From Bacteroidota bacterium (GTDB taxonomy: Bacteria > Bacteroidota > Bacteroidia > Flavobacteriales > Flavobacteriaceae), in assembly GCA_043769905.1 (NCBI GenBank), contig JAYVIW010000080.1, positions 41,942-65,941 of the forward strand: a stretch of DNA of 24,000 nt, given 5' to 3'. This document shows, piece by piece, positions 1 through 10,774 of this stretch. A program made the position numbers and the translations under genes. Every line of letters starts with the position of its first letter. The first letter of the stretch is position 1. The notes beneath the pieces are model-generated. The model was given only the letters and a program-made list of their open reading frames with translations, ran no database searches and was not told the origin of the DNA.

Positions 1-694
1 AGGCTCTATGCAATTGCAAGGCGAAATTATGGAATTGGCAATTGAAGAATGGTTGACTAATAATTTTCCTTTAGATACCATCGATGAAATAAAGAAAGGT
101 GTCAATGGAGCAGATTGTTTGCAAACAGTAAACACAAGAGAAACAGGCAATTGCGGAACAATATACTATGAAAGCAAACGCACCAAAAACTTTCAACCCT
201 CTTGGATAGAAAAGTTCAAAAATGATATTCGTGATAAAAAAGCCAATATCGGCGTTTTGGTAACAGAAGTTTTGCCAACTGGAATGGACAGATTGGGCTT
301 TAAAGAAGGAATCTGGATTTGTACATTTGAAGAATTTAAAGGTTTGAGCGCCGTTTTGAGGCAATCATTAATTCAAATAAGTAAAGCGGTACAAACCCAA
401 GAAAACAAAGGCGACAAAATGGCCATGTTGTATGATTTTTTGACAAGCAATGAGTTTCATTTACAAATAGAAGCAATTGTAGAAGGATTCACGCAAATGC
501 AAGCTGATTTGGATCAAGAAAAACGTGCCATGCAGCGCATTTGGAAACAGCGAGAAAAACAATTAGACAAAGTTGTTGACAACACAATTGGCATGTATGG
601 CGCTATAAAAGGCATTGCTGGCAATGCAATTCAATCAATTAAAGCTTTGGAATTGGGTCAACCTGAACGCTTTGAAGATTTAGAATTGTTATAA
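1..694 (+). CDS. DUF2130-like conserved protein, C-terminal part (ORF open at the left window edge)
   Basis: Codons before the ATG at 8 remain open to the window edge. Motifs MQLQGEIMELAIEEWL, DCLQTVNTR, GTIYYESKRTKNFQPSWIEKFK and ANIGVLVTE resemble the DUF2130 family. Confidence 0.7.
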   Translation, partial: GSMQLQGEIMELAIEEWLTNNFPLDTIDEIKKGVNGADCLQTVNTRETGNCGTIYYESKRTKNFQPSWIEKFKNDIRDKKANIGVLVTEVLPTGMDRLGFKEGIWICTFEEFKGLSAVLRQSLIQISKAVQTQENKGDKMAMLYDFLTSNEFHLQIEAIVEGFTQMQADLDQEKRAMQRIWKQREKQLDKVVDNTIGMYGAIKGIAGNAIQSIKALELGQPERFEDLELL

Positions 695-746
695 TTTTTT
701 TTGAAAATTAACGCGTTTTCTAAAACACAAATTATCTCAATTTAGT

Positions 747-754
747 TATATTTG
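747..754 (+). promoter_or_regulatory. Candidate Bacteroidota -7 element TATATTTG upstream of ffh
   Basis: Matches TAnnTTTG 22 nt before the ffh ATG; no clear -33 TTG seen. Confidence 0.4.
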
Positions 755-776
755 CACAACTTAAAAAAAAATTAAT

Positions 777-2132
777 ATGTTCAGTAATTTAAGCGAAAAA
801 TTAGACAAAGCATTACATACATTAAAAGGTCACGGAAAAATATCCGAAATTAATGTTGCCGAAACACTAAAGGAAGTCCGTCGTGCCCTACTTGATGCCG
901 ATGTTAACTTCAAAATTGCTAAAGATTTCACGACCAAAGTCAAAGAAAAAGCTATAGGTCAAAACGTATTAACAACATTGCAACCAGGGCAATTGCTAGT
1001 CAAATTAGTGAAAGACGAATTGACCGAATTAATGGGTGGCGATGTTGCAGGAATTAATTTGTCGGGCAATCCAACAGTCATTTTGATGTCAGGATTACAA
1101 GGTTCAGGAAAAACTACTTTTTCAGGAAAGTTAGCCAATTTTTTAAAAACCAAAAAAAATAAAAAACCAATGTTGGTTGCTTGTGATGTTTATCGTCCTG
1201 CAGCAATCAATCAATTGCATGTTGTTGGAGACCAAATTGGTGTCGAAGTTTACTCCGAATTAGGCAATAATAATCCGGTTGAAATTGCAACCAACGCTGT
1301 AAAATATGCCAAAGAAAAAGGTTATAATGTTGTAATTGTCGATACTGCAGGTCGTTTGGCAGTCGATAGTGAAATGATGGACGAAATTTCGAGAGTTCAT
1401 AAGGCATTAAATCCGCAAGAGACGTTATTTGTTGTCGATGCCATGACTGGTCAAGATGCTGTGAACACAGCAAAAGCTTTTAACGATATATTGAATTTTG
1501 ATGGCGTAATTTTAACGAAATTAGATGGCGATACACGCGGTGGAGCAGCAATTTCTATAAAATCTGTGGTCAACAAGCCCATAAAATTTGTTGGAACTGG
1601 CGAAAAAATGGACGCAATAGACGTATTCTATCCGGAACGTATGGCAGAACGAATCTTAGGAATGGGAGACGTTGTGTCGCTTGTTGAACGAGCGCAAGAA
1701 CAATTTGACGAGGAAGAAGCCCGAAAATTGCAAAAGAAAATAGCCAAAAACGAGTTTGGTTTTGATGATTTCTTGACCCAAATTCAACAGGTTAAAAAAA
1801 TGGGAAACATGAAAGATTTGGTTGGTATGATTCCTGGAGCATCAAAAGCGATGAAAGACGTCGAAATTCAAGATGATGCATTTAAACATATTGAAGCGAT
1901 TATTTATTCGATGACACCAATTGAGCGCAGTAAACCAACATTGATTGATGTTAAAAGAAAAGCGAGAATTGCAAAAGGTTCAGGACGAAAAATTGAAGAA
2001 GTAAATCAGTTAATGAAACAATTTGACCAAATGAGCAAAATGATGAAAATGATGCAAGGTCCAGGCGGAAAAAATATGATGAAAATGATGGGTAACATGA
2101 AAGGTGGCGGTATGCCATTGGGAATGCGTTAA
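777..2132 (+). CDS. ffh: Signal recognition particle protein Ffh
   Basis: GTPase motifs GLQGSGKTTFSGKLA, DTAGRLAVD, LTKLDGDTRGGAA; methionine-rich C-terminal M domain. Confidence 0.97.
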   Translation: MFSNLSEKLDKALHTLKGHGKISEINVAETLKEVRRALLDADVNFKIAKDFTTKVKEKAIGQNVLTTLQPGQLLVKLVKDELTELMGGDVAGINLSGNPTVILMSGLQGSGKTTFSGKLANFLKTKKNKKPMLVACDVYRPAAINQLHVVGDQIGVEVYSELGNNNPVEIATNAVKYAKEKGYNVVIVDTAGRLAVDSEMMDEISRVHKALNPQETLFVVDAMTGQDAVNTAKAFNDILNFDGVILTKLDGDTRGGAAISIKSVVNKPIKFVGTGEKMDAIDVFYPERMAERILGMGDVVSLVERAQEQFDEEEARKLQKKIAKNEFGFDDFLTQIQQVKKMGNMKDLVGMIPGASKAMKDVEIQDDAFKHIEAIIYSMTPIERSKPTLIDVKRKARIAKGSGRKIEEVNQLMKQFDQMSKMMKMMQGPGGKNMMKMMGNMKGGGMPLGMR

Positions 2133-2172
2133 AAAGTTTTAAGTTAAAAACAACAACAACATATATCCAAAA

Positions 2173-3051
2173 ATGATTCTACTAGACGGAAAAAAAACAG
2201 CCAACGACATCAAAATCGAAATAACAGCAGAAGTCGATTTGATGAAAGCCAATAACGAAAAAGTGCCTCATTTGGCAGCAATAATTGTTGGTAACGATGG
2301 AGCGAGTATGACTTATGTCGCCAATAAAGTACGTGCCTGTGAGCGAGTAGGTTTTGAATCTACCCTTGTAAAAATGCCCAGCACAACATCGGAAACCGAG
2401 TTATTAAAAAAAATCAAAAAACTAAATGAAGACGATAATATTGACGGATTTATAGTACAATTACCCCTACCAGAGCAAATTGACACTCAAAAAGTATTGT
2501 TGACAATTGATCCAAGCAAAGATGTTGATGGATTTCATCCTGAAAATTTTGGAAAAATGGCACTAGACATGACGACATTCATCCCTGCAACACCGTTTGG
2601 AATACTTGAATTACTTGAGCGGTATGGAGTTGAAACAAAAGGAAAACATACGGTCGTAATTGGTAGAAGCCACATTGTTGGTAGACCAATGAGCATTTTG
2701 ATGGGACGAAAAGGTTTTCCTGGCAACTCAACAGTAACGTTAACACATAGTTATACCAAAAACATTGCACAAATAACTACTCAAGCTGACATTATTATAA
2801 CGGCACTTGGCGTTCCTAATTACTTAAAAGCCGAGATGATTAAAGACGGTGCAGTAATTATTGATGTTGGAATAACTCGTGTCAATAATGATTCAGAAAA
2901 AGGATATGCAATTGTTGGCGATGTAGATTTTGAAAATGTAAGCAAAAAAGCATCTCATATTACTCCAGTTCCTGGTGGTGTTGGTCCAATGACCATTGCT
3001 ATGTTGCTAAAAAACACACTGTTGGCGCGCGAAATGAGAAGGATTAAGTAA
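2173..3051 (+). CDS. folD: Bifunctional methylenetetrahydrofolate dehydrogenase/methenyltetrahydrofolate cyclohydrolase
   Basis: Motifs YVANKVRACERVGF, DGFIVQLPLP, PATPFGILELLERY, VVIGRSHIVGRPM, TPVPGGVGPMTIAMLL. Confidence 0.97.
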   Translation: MILLDGKKTANDIKIEITAEVDLMKANNEKVPHLAAIIVGNDGASMTYVANKVRACERVGFESTLVKMPSTTSETELLKKIKKLNEDDNIDGFIVQLPLPEQIDTQKVLLTIDPSKDVDGFHPENFGKMALDMTTFIPATPFGILELLERYGVETKGKHTVVIGRSHIVGRPMSILMGRKGFPGNSTVTLTHSYTKNIAQITTQADIIITALGVPNYLKAEMIKDGAVIIDVGITRVNNDSEKGYAIVGDVDFENVSKKASHITPVPGGVGPMTIAMLLKNTLLAREMRRIK

Positions 3052-3184
3052 TTTTTTTTGGATAAAAATTACATATATACAAACTGGTTTTACCTAAATT
3101 TTATTTAAATTTTTATTTTCTTAAACACTTCTATATTTTTATAAAATTCTAGAGTTAAAATATTAAATTTTGTTTATAACTAAT

Positions 3185-3997
3185 TTAATAATCTGATTTC
3201 CCTTTAAATCGAATATCATCGCGTTTTATAAACTCTGTTTTTCTTTTTATAGCTTGGGGCTTAACAAAACTGGCTTCCTCTGTTTTGCTAGATGGTGCTA
3301 TGAGTATGTTGAGTTCCAAAATTTCACTGTCGGTCAAATCTCGATACCTGCCAATTGGAACATCCAAGTTGATATTGATAATTCTTGTGCGTTTCAAAGC
3401 GGTAACTTCATAACCAAGGTATTCGCACATTCTACGAATTTGACGGTTGAGACCTTGAGTCAAAATAATTCTAAATACTGTTTTACTAATTTGTTCTACT
3501 TTGCATTTTTTGGTAATTGTATCTAGAATTGGCAGACCATTACTCATTTTATCAATAAATCTGTCAGTTATTAGTTTATTGACTGTAACAACATATTCTT
3601 TTTCATGGTTGTTTCTTGCACGTAAAATTTTGTTGACAATATCGCCATCGTTGGTCATAAATATTAAACCTTCACTGGCTTTATCGAGGCGACCAATCGG
3701 GAAAATTCTTTTCGGATAGTTTATATAATCTACAATATTATAGCGCACTTCAAGGTTTGTGGTACATTCTATACCGACCGGTTTATTAAATGCTAAATAA
3801 ATTGGTTTTTCTTTCTTGTCATGAATTAATCTTCCATCAACACGAACTTCATCTTGGTTTGAAACTTTGGTTCCCAATTCAGGCAAAACACCATTAATTG
3901 TTATTCGACCAGCATCGAGCAATTTGTCAGCTTCGCGACGAGAACAATAGCCAGTTTCTGATAGAAATTTATTTATTCGCGTTAGTTCGTTTTGCAT
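3185..3997 (-). CDS. rluF: 23S rRNA pseudouridine synthase, RluF type
   Basis: N-terminal S4 domain (RINKFLSETGYCSRREADKLLDAGRITING), catalytic IGRLDKASEGL, GLNRQIRRMCEYLGYEV. Confidence 0.9.
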   Translation of the reverse strand: MQNELTRINKFLSETGYCSRREADKLLDAGRITINGVLPELGTKVSNQDEVRVDGRLIHDKKEKPIYLAFNKPVGIECTTNLEVRYNIVDYINYPKRIFPIGRLDKASEGLIFMTNDGDIVNKILRARNNHEKEYVVTVNKLITDRFIDKMSNGLPILDTITKKCKVEQISKTVFRIILTQGLNRQIRRMCEYLGYEVTALKRTRIININLDVPIGRYRDLTDSEILELNILIAPSSKTEEASFVKPQAIKRKTEFIKRDDIRFKGKSDY

Positions 3998-4070
3998 TAG
4001 TATTGATAGAAATTATATGATTTTTTACTGCAAAGGTAATCAAAACGATAAGAAAATGAATTGGCGACAT

Positions 4071-4115
4071 TTTAAAAAAATGCTTTTAAGATTAATTCAA
4101 AGCATTCTTTAAAAA
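4071..4115 (-). terminator. Putative leftward rho-independent terminator
   Basis: Arms AATGCTTT/AAAGCATT; on the minus strand the stem is followed by a T run. Confidence 0.4.
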
Positions 4116-4319
4116 AAAAAAAAAATTTACTTGTACTTAGTTAACGATTATTTTTTAGCTTGTTATTAAATTATTTGAATCAGTCAAATCTAAAATACAA
4201 ATTTCTGATGTATTGATTGGGTTTATAGCAATTTGATTGTAATTTGACACGAGCAAAATAATTTTATTTTCTAATATTTTTCCCTGAATATGGCATATTT
4301 TTAAATAAACATTGTTTTA

Positions 4320-4725
4320 AATTTCCTTAAGCATTTATGGATAATAGTCCAGCATTAATTTTGTTACTTGACATCTCTAAATTTCTAATAATGAAGTCGT
4401 TATTGACAAGTGCTGAGAACCTTAAACCTAACCATGAACCAGAAAGACTAACCAGCCAGCGCGACCAGTAGGAACTCCAAAATCATTTTGTCTAAATTAC
4501 AAATGATCAACATTGCCAATTGTATCATTTCATGCTGCGGTTTCAGAATTTGCACTTGCTGGCTTGCCACACAACATTGATCGGTTTACACAATTTCGAA
4601 TAACATAGTGGGTTTTTCCAACAATTTTTGTGCAGCAGTGTAACGAGTAAAAATATCCCTAAAACTGCAGAAGCTTGAGAAACAATTGCAAAATTGATAA
4701 ATACTAGAAATGCTATTTTTTTCAT
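4320..4725 (-). pseudogene. Degraded remnant of a secreted-protein gene
   Basis: Starts with a signal-peptide-like MKKIAFLVFINFAIVSQASA, then protein-like stretches in shifting frames interrupted by stops; leftward terminator-like hairpin lies downstream. Confidence 0.35.
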
Positions 4726-4818
4726 GTTGTAATTTTCAAAAAAATAAACTAAAAAATTAATTATTTGAAAAGGCATGATTTTTAATGCAATACAATTACT
4801 TTTACAAAAAAAACGGTT

Positions 4819-6192
4819 TTGAATATAAAACAATATACTAAAGAATTTTCATACAATATACAATTAGCATATCCTGTAATTCTGGGAATGTTAGGTCACA
4901 CCCTAATTGGGATTGTCGACAATTTTATGGTTGGCAACTTAGGTTCGACAGAGTTGGCCGCAGTTTCTTTGGGCAATAGTTTTATTTTTATTGGTTTGTC
5001 GCTAGGAATTGGTTTTTCAACAGCGATAACACCCTTAATTGCTGAAGCTGATGCTGAAAAAGACATCAAAAAAATTCGAACTACTTTTCATCATGGTTTG
5101 CTGTTATGTACTATTCTAGGTTTCTTTTTATTTGTAATTATAGTCTTGTCCAAATCACTAATGCAATTTATGAACCAACCGCCCGAGGTTGTGGCAATGG
5201 CTGCTCCATATATAGATTGGGTAGCTTTTTCTTTAATTCCAGTAGTTATTTATCAGGGTTACAAGCAGTTTGCCGATGGATTAAGCCAAACCAAATATTC
5301 GATGATTTCGATATATTTGGCCAATGTGGTACACATTTTTTTTAATTATGTTTTTATTTACGGATTTTGGGTTTTTCCAGAAATGGGAATTATTGGTGCA
5401 GCACTCGGAACAGTAATTTCCCGAATTATGATGGTCGTTTTCATGCATTATTTATTAAAATATGACAAAGATATCAAGCAATATTTTAAGAATTTTAGTT
5501 TCAAAGAAATCAAAAAATCAATAATTATCAAAATTATTAATTTAGGTTTTCCTTCAGCAATGCAAATGTTGTTCGAAGTTGCCTTGTTCACAGCTGCAAT
5601 TTGGCTATCTGGATCATTGGGCAAAAACAATCAGGCTGCCAATCAAATTGCCTTGACATTGGCATCGGCGACTTTTATGTTTGCAATGGGATTAAGCGTT
5701 ACAGCAATGATAAGAGTTGGTAATTACAAAGGTTTGAATGATTTTAAACAACTAATTGTTGCAGCCAAATCGATTTTTTTGATGGCAATAATTCTAGAAA
5801 TTTTGTTTGCCTTATTATTTGTTATTTTTCATAAATCTCTACCTCATTTATTTTTGAATATGAATAATGCAAACGAAGTAATTGACAACCAAGAAATTAT
5901 TCTCATTACTTCAAAATTATTATTAACAGCCGCCATTTTTCAAATTTCAGATGGCATTCAAGTAGTTGTTTTAGGCGCTTTGCGTGGTTTGCAAGATGTC
6001 AAAATCCCAATGTATATTACGTTTATTGCTTATTGGGTTATTGGTTTTCCTATCTCCTACTATTTAGGAAAATATACTGATTTAAAAGCCGTTGGAATCT
6101 GGATTGGACTTTTGGCTGGATTGTCGGTTGCAGCGATTTTACTTTATATTCGTTTTAACAGATTGACAAGTAAATTTACAAGTTCTAGATAA
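4819..6192 (+). CDS. MATE family efflux transporter (TTG start)
   Basis: 12-TM type protein; LAYPVILGMLGHTLIGIVDNFMVGNLGSTELAAVSLGNS, AADGLSQTKYSMI-type and QISDGIQVVVLGALRGLQDVKIP motifs. Confidence 0.93.
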   Translation: MNIKQYTKEFSYNIQLAYPVILGMLGHTLIGIVDNFMVGNLGSTELAAVSLGNSFIFIGLSLGIGFSTAITPLIAEADAEKDIKKIRTTFHHGLLLCTILGFFLFVIIVLSKSLMQFMNQPPEVVAMAAPYIDWVAFSLIPVVIYQGYKQFADGLSQTKYSMISIYLANVVHIFFNYVFIYGFWVFPEMGIIGAALGTVISRIMMVVFMHYLLKYDKDIKQYFKNFSFKEIKKSIIIKIINLGFPSAMQMLFEVALFTAAIWLSGSLGKNNQAANQIALTLASATFMFAMGLSVTAMIRVGNYKGLNDFKQLIVAAKSIFLMAIILEILFALLFVIFHKSLPHLFLNMNNANEVIDNQEIILITSKLLLTAAIFQISDGIQVVVLGALRGLQDVKIPMYITFIAYWVIGFPISYYLGKYTDLKAVGIWIGLLAGLSVAAILLYIRFNRLTSKFTSSR

Positions 6193-6438
6193 TCAAAAAA
6201 ATAAATATTTATTTAATTGGCATAATATGTGAGATTTTTTTATTTAAAAATTAAATTCAAGGGTTTTAATACAATTAATATATTCTACAATATAGAAATA
6301 TAATTTCCAAATAATGCATCTATATTGATTTAAATTTTACTTATTCAAATCTGAATTTTCAACTTATAAATATTTACAAAAATTTGTAACATAAAATAAA
6401 AACCAACGTATAATAAATGTAATTTAAAATTTATAAAA

Positions 6439-7347
6439 ATGATACTATTAATTGTTCTAGGTTGTATTTTGTTGTTTGTGGGTTTTACTATTAAAAATAA
6501 TTTTAACAACCCGTTTGCCAAATATTCAAGTGTCTTAAAAATAATTGGCGTTGCAATTATCGGATTAGGCATGTTTTCGGGAATGTTCAAACAAATTGAT
6601 GCCGGAAATGTTGGTGTACAATCGTTATACGGAAACGTGCAAAGCGAAGTTCTCACAAGTGGTTTGAATCTCATAAATCCGCTGATGGAGGTAACCAACC
6701 TAACGATTCAAACTCAAAATTACACCATGTCAGCCATACATAGTGAAGGCGAAAAAGAAGGCGATGATGCTATTAGAGTTTTATCTGCTGATGGTCTTGA
6801 AGTTGTAATAGATTTAACGGTTCTTTACAGAATTTTGCCAGCCGATGCACCGAAAATCATCAGAACTATTGGTATTGACTATACTGACAAAATTGTGAGA
6901 CCAATAACCCGAACGCGCATTCGTGACAACGCAGTTTACTATGATGCTGTGGCTCTTTATTCTACCAAAAGAAACGAGTTTCAACAGCGAATTTTCAAAA
7001 CAATCGAAACTGATTTCAAAACACGAGGTTTGGTACTTGAACAACTTTTGATTAGAAATATCAATTTGCCATCATCAGTAAAGACTACAATCGAAAGTAA
7101 AATCAATGCCGAACAAGATGCTCAAAAAATGCAGTTTGTATTGCAAAAAGAAAAACAAGAAGCCGAAAGAAAAAGAGTGGAAGCTCAAGGAATAGCCGAT
7201 TACCAACGCATTATTTCGACAGGATTGTCCGACAAACAATTGCAATATGAAGCCATTAAAGCTCAAAAAGAATTGGCAGCATCTCCTAATACCAAAATTA
7301 TTTTTATGGGAAAAGGTAACGGATCTGTCATTTTATCTGATAAGTAG
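6439..7347 (+). CDS. SPFH/prohibitin domain membrane protein
   Basis: N-terminal TM segments, IDAGNVGVQSLYGNV, GLNLINPLMEV, and coiled KEKQEAERKRVEAQGIADYQRII. Confidence 0.9.
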   Translation: MILLIVLGCILLFVGFTIKNNFNNPFAKYSSVLKIIGVAIIGLGMFSGMFKQIDAGNVGVQSLYGNVQSEVLTSGLNLINPLMEVTNLTIQTQNYTMSAIHSEGEKEGDDAIRVLSADGLEVVIDLTVLYRILPADAPKIIRTIGIDYTDKIVRPITRTRIRDNAVYYDAVALYSTKRNEFQQRIFKTIETDFKTRGLVLEQLLIRNINLPSSVKTTIESKINAEQDAQKMQFVLQKEKQEAERKRVEAQGIADYQRIISTGLSDKQLQYEAIKAQKELAASPNTKIIFMGKGNGSVILSDK

Positions 7348-7427
7348 AATAAAAGACATCAAATATTATTACCTGACGTTTTGTTATTTATATTTAAAAT
7401 TTTAAGTTTAATATCTAATATATAAAA

Positions 7428-7655
7428 ATGGAATTACCAAAATTTTTACTCGGCGACAATACCGATTTTCCCGATGATATTTTCATCATTCATCTTGATT
7501 ATCCTCGTTTTATTATCAATTTAAAAGATGATGAAGTCGAATTTATGGAAGAAGCCGAAGACCTTGACGAAGGTGAACTTAATGCCGAAATGGAAGGTTT
7601 AATAGTGCTTGCAAATGAATTTTATGACCGTGAAATTAGTCTATATGAAGAATAA
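7428..7655 (+). CDS. Small acidic conserved hypothetical protein
   Basis: 75-aa ORF in a clear gap after the SPFH gene. Confidence 0.75.
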   Translation: MELPKFLLGDNTDFPDDIFIIHLDYPRFIINLKDDEVEFMEEAEDLDEGELNAEMEGLIVLANEFYDREISLYEE

Positions 7656-7677
7656 ATACAAGAGTTTTTTAAAATTA

Positions 7678-9153
7678 TTATTTAAAAAATTGCTCTAAAC
7701 CAATAGGTAATCTATCGATATACATTTCGTTAGTAAAATCCTGCAAGTCGTTTTCAATATTTTCGAACACTCTTGTAGGATTTTGTCTTAAACCACGGTT
7801 TCTAAAACCTATCAAATCTAAGGCTTTTTTTAACATTGGTTCATTGGCATCTCCCAAAATGCCTAAATTGTCAACGTTTTCTGATAATGTGTTAGATGTT
7901 TGTGGCAACAAACCATTTTCGTATTCGCCAAAATTATCCTTATTAACTATCTTTAAAACGAGTGGTTGCATTGCATATTTGTGATTACGATTTGCACCTG
8001 ATTTTCCAAAATTTGGTGAGTCATATAAGGTTACCGAACCCGCATTTTTGCCAATTGTTTTTGTTCCTATTTGAATAACATCAATATAAGGTTTTAAACC
8101 ATTGATGACCAGCTCACTCGCTGATGCTGTTCTTTCGGTTGTTAAAATATAGACTTTGGATAAATTCAAATGATTAATACCAACTCCAGCAATATTATTA
8201 ACAAAAAAATTGGTCAACGCGTTTGGATTATTAGCCAATAAATAAGTTTGTAATCTTGGGTTCCATTGTTCTTTTGCAAATACTTGACCGTTAAATTGTC
8301 CTGTAATCATGCTCGCCAAATAGGTCGCAGTTTGAATAGAACCACCACCATTATACCGCAAATCAAGAACCAAATCAGTTATGTTTCCTGCGGATAATTG
8401 TCCAATAGCATTATTCAAATCTAAATCAAAATTGGCCGTAAAAGCATTATACATCAAATATCCAATTTTTTTGCTACCTACGGTGATCGATTTGACAATA
8501 TGTATTGGGTTTTCGATCATTTGACTTTTCGTTAATGCTAATGAAACCCCATTTGGAGTGAGTGTTCCGTTCACGAAAGAAGCAAAATTCATAGTATAAT
8601 TATCAGCAGCAAGTAAACTATTTCTGTTAGCCAGAGTTAACGTGGTACCATTTATCGCATAAAAAAGATCACCCCGCTTTACGTTTTTATTGGCCGCATC
8701 AGAATTTGGTAAAACATAACGCACAAAACCAAATATTGGCCCAGAATTACCACTTACATACTTATAATCAGCAGAAATTCCGCTTGTTGTTCTTATTCCT
8801 TGAAACGAATTTTCTAGAATAGAATAATCATCGACAATAATGCTATATTTATCAATTGCTTGATTTGAAGCACCAAAGAGACTTACGGGTTTGTATAACA
8901 AAGATTGAAAAACTTGCTCTGGTGCGCCTTTAGTTTTTAAAAAATCATTTAAAAAAAACGGATTTCCAAAACGCATATCATCTAAATCAGGAACATTTTG
9001 CTGCCATAAATAATAATTGTTCAAACCTTTCCATATAAAATTCTGAACCTCAGTATTTGAGTCCTGAAGTAAATTATCATCATTATCAGTACAATTCACA
9101 AACAATGAGGATACTATCAATCCAAATAAAATATTTTTAAAAGAAAATTTCAT
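7678..9153 (-). CDS. S41 family peptidase (CtpA-like) with PDZ-like region, lipoprotein
   Basis: Lipobox-like signal LIVSSLFVNC; GYLMYNAFT, LVLDLRYNGGG, and catalytic-type ERTASASELVINGLKPY. Confidence 0.9.
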   Translation of the reverse strand: MKFSFKNILFGLIVSSLFVNCTDNDDNLLQDSNTEVQNFIWKGLNNYYLWQQNVPDLDDMRFGNPFFLNDFLKTKGAPEQVFQSLLYKPVSLFGASNQAIDKYSIIVDDYSILENSFQGIRTTSGISADYKYVSGNSGPIFGFVRYVLPNSDAANKNVKRGDLFYAINGTTLTLANRNSLLAADNYTMNFASFVNGTLTPNGVSLALTKSQMIENPIHIVKSITVGSKKIGYLMYNAFTANFDLDLNNAIGQLSAGNITDLVLDLRYNGGGSIQTATYLASMITGQFNGQVFAKEQWNPRLQTYLLANNPNALTNFFVNNIAGVGINHLNLSKVYILTTERTASASELVINGLKPYIDVIQIGTKTIGKNAGSVTLYDSPNFGKSGANRNHKYAMQPLVLKIVNKDNFGEYENGLLPQTSNTLSENVDNLGILGDANEPMLKKALDLIGFRNRGLRQNPTRVFENIENDLQDFTNEMYIDRLPIGLEQFFK

Positions 9154-9254
9154 AGCTACAGTTAAGTTGTGTTACAAAAATAATAAATTTTTATACTATT
9201 TTATTATTATTTGTAACAAAAGATAAATACATTCGTCTTGACTATAACAACGAA

Positions 9255-9770
9255 TTGTTTATGAATCAAAATGATTTTATAAAATTAATAAATCCATTTA
9301 AGCATAAATTGTTTCGCTTAGCAAAAAGGTTGCTTATTAGCACAGAAGAAGCCGAAGATGCGGCTCAAGAAGTGTTAGCAAAATTATGGAATAAGAACGA
9401 AAGTTTAGAAAAATACAGCAGCATTGAAGCATTTGCAATGACAATGACAAAGAATTATTGTTTGGACCAATTAAAAGCAAAACGGTCAAGTAATTTGCGA
9501 ATTATTGATGATAATTTTGATGACCATCAAGCAAATTTGCAACAAAAACTAGAAGATGAAGACAGCTTAAATTGGGTTGCAAAGATAATGAACAATTTGC
9601 CTGAACAGCAAAAACTGATTGTTCAAATGAGAGAAATAGAACAATACGAATTTGAAGAAATTGCCGAAATTCTAAAAATGAATCCAACAGCAGTAAGAGT
9701 TGCACTATCGAGAGCCCGAAAAACTATTAGAGAAGTAATGGACAAAACACACGATTATGGAACCAAATAA
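9255..9770 (+). CDS. RNA polymerase sigma-70 factor, ECF type
   Basis: Region 2 (FRLAKRLLISTEEAEDAAQEVLAKLW) and region 4 (MREIEQYEFEEIAEILKMNPTAVRVALSRARKTI). Confidence 0.95.
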   Translation: MFMNQNDFIKLINPFKHKLFRLAKRLLISTEEAEDAAQEVLAKLWNKNESLEKYSSIEAFAMTMTKNYCLDQLKAKRSSNLRIIDDNFDDHQANLQQKLEDEDSLNWVAKIMNNLPEQQKLIVQMREIEQYEFEEIAEILKMNPTAVRVALSRARKTIREVMDKTHDYGTK

Positions 9771-10203
9771 AATAGCCGTTTTATTAGAAAAATATTTTGA
9801 TGGAACAACGACAATTGACCAAGAAAAACAATTGAAAAATTATTTTTGTTCTGAAGGTGTAGCGCAACATTTACAGCAATATAAGTATATTTTTCAATAT
9901 TTTGAGAATGAGAAACAAGTAGTATTTGACAAAAAAATTCAAATAAAATCACAAACTAAAATTGTTTGGTTTTCAATGGTCGCAACTGTAATATTGCTAT
10001 TTGGTTTGGCTGCATTTTATTTAATCAATCACAATTCTGCAAGTCCCGAAAAAAGTTTTGGAAGTTTTCAAAATCCCGAAATTGCATTTGAAGAAACACA
10101 AAAAGCGCTGCAAATGATATCGAATAATGTGAATGTTGGCATCAATAGTGTGGCTTATATAAATGAATATCAGAATACTAAAAATAAAATTTTTGTAGAA
10201 TAA
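9757..10203 (+). CDS. Single-TM protein, probable anti-sigma/regulatory partner of the ECF sigma factor
   Basis: Overlaps the sigma gene by 14 nt; cytoplasmic N-terminus plus one TM (IVWFSMVATVILLFGLAAFYLI). Confidence 0.7.
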   Translation: MEPNKIAVLLEKYFDGTTTIDQEKQLKNYFCSEGVAQHLQQYKYIFQYFENEKQVVFDKKIQIKSQTKIVWFSMVATVILLFGLAAFYLINHNSASPEKSFGSFQNPEIAFEETQKALQMISNNVNVGINSVAYINEYQNTKNKIFVE

Positions 10204-10244
10204 TCAAATTAAAAATTAATTAAAAACATTTAAAATCAAATATC

Positions 10245-10769
10245 ATGAAAAAATTCATCATAACATCAGCATTAATAATTGTATCAAATTTATTTTTTGG
10301 ACAATCTGTTTTCGATAAATTTGATGGTCAAGATAACGTAACATCGATAATTGTTAACAACAAAATGTTCGATTTAATGAGCAAAGTAAAGGTTGACGAA
10401 ACAGATAAAGAAAGTCAGCAATACATTAAACTCATCAAAAAACTTGACAATCTAAAAGTTTTTGTAACCACCAATAATAAGGTGGCAGCCGAAATGAAGC
10501 ATTCAACAGATGGTTTTTTAAAAACTACTAAACTAGAAGAATTAATGCGTGTAAATGACAGCGGTCGAAATGTAAAAATTTACGTAAAATCGGGTGCATC
10601 AGATTCTCAAATCAAAGAATTATTTATGTTTATTGAAGGTTCGGGCAAAGAAAACCAGACTGTTGTAATGTCATTGACAGGCGATTTTGACCTCAACGAG
10701 TTATCGGCTTTGACCAACAAAATGCATTTGCCAGGTGGCGATGTTTTGAAAAAAGCATCTAAAAAATAA
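10245..10769 (+). CDS. DUF4252 domain-containing secreted protein
   Basis: Signal peptide; F...VTSIIVNNKMFDLMSKV pattern and ...MSLTGDFDLNELSALTNKM end. Confidence 0.85.
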   Translation: MKKFIITSALIIVSNLFFGQSVFDKFDGQDNVTSIIVNNKMFDLMSKVKVDETDKESQQYIKLIKKLDNLKVFVTTNNKVAAEMKHSTDGFLKTTKLEELMRVNDSGRNVKIYVKSGASDSQIKELFMFIEGSGKENQTVVMSLTGDFDLNELSALTNKMHLPGGDVLKKASKK

Positions 10770-10774
10770 TTGTT

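Noticed and set aside
4110-4126. Poly-A tract as a phase-variable switch
   Set aside because: Intergenic and adjacent to a hairpin; best explained as terminator T tract on the minus strand.
4543-4833. 96-aa minus-strand ORF as an intact gene
   Set aside because: Only its internal part from 4725 looks like a real N-terminus, and the frame ends abruptly where similarity-like sequence continues in another frame; treated as a remnant.
6345-6698. 117-aa minus-strand ORF
   Set aside because: Lies antisense to the 5' part of the SPFH gene; no coding signature.
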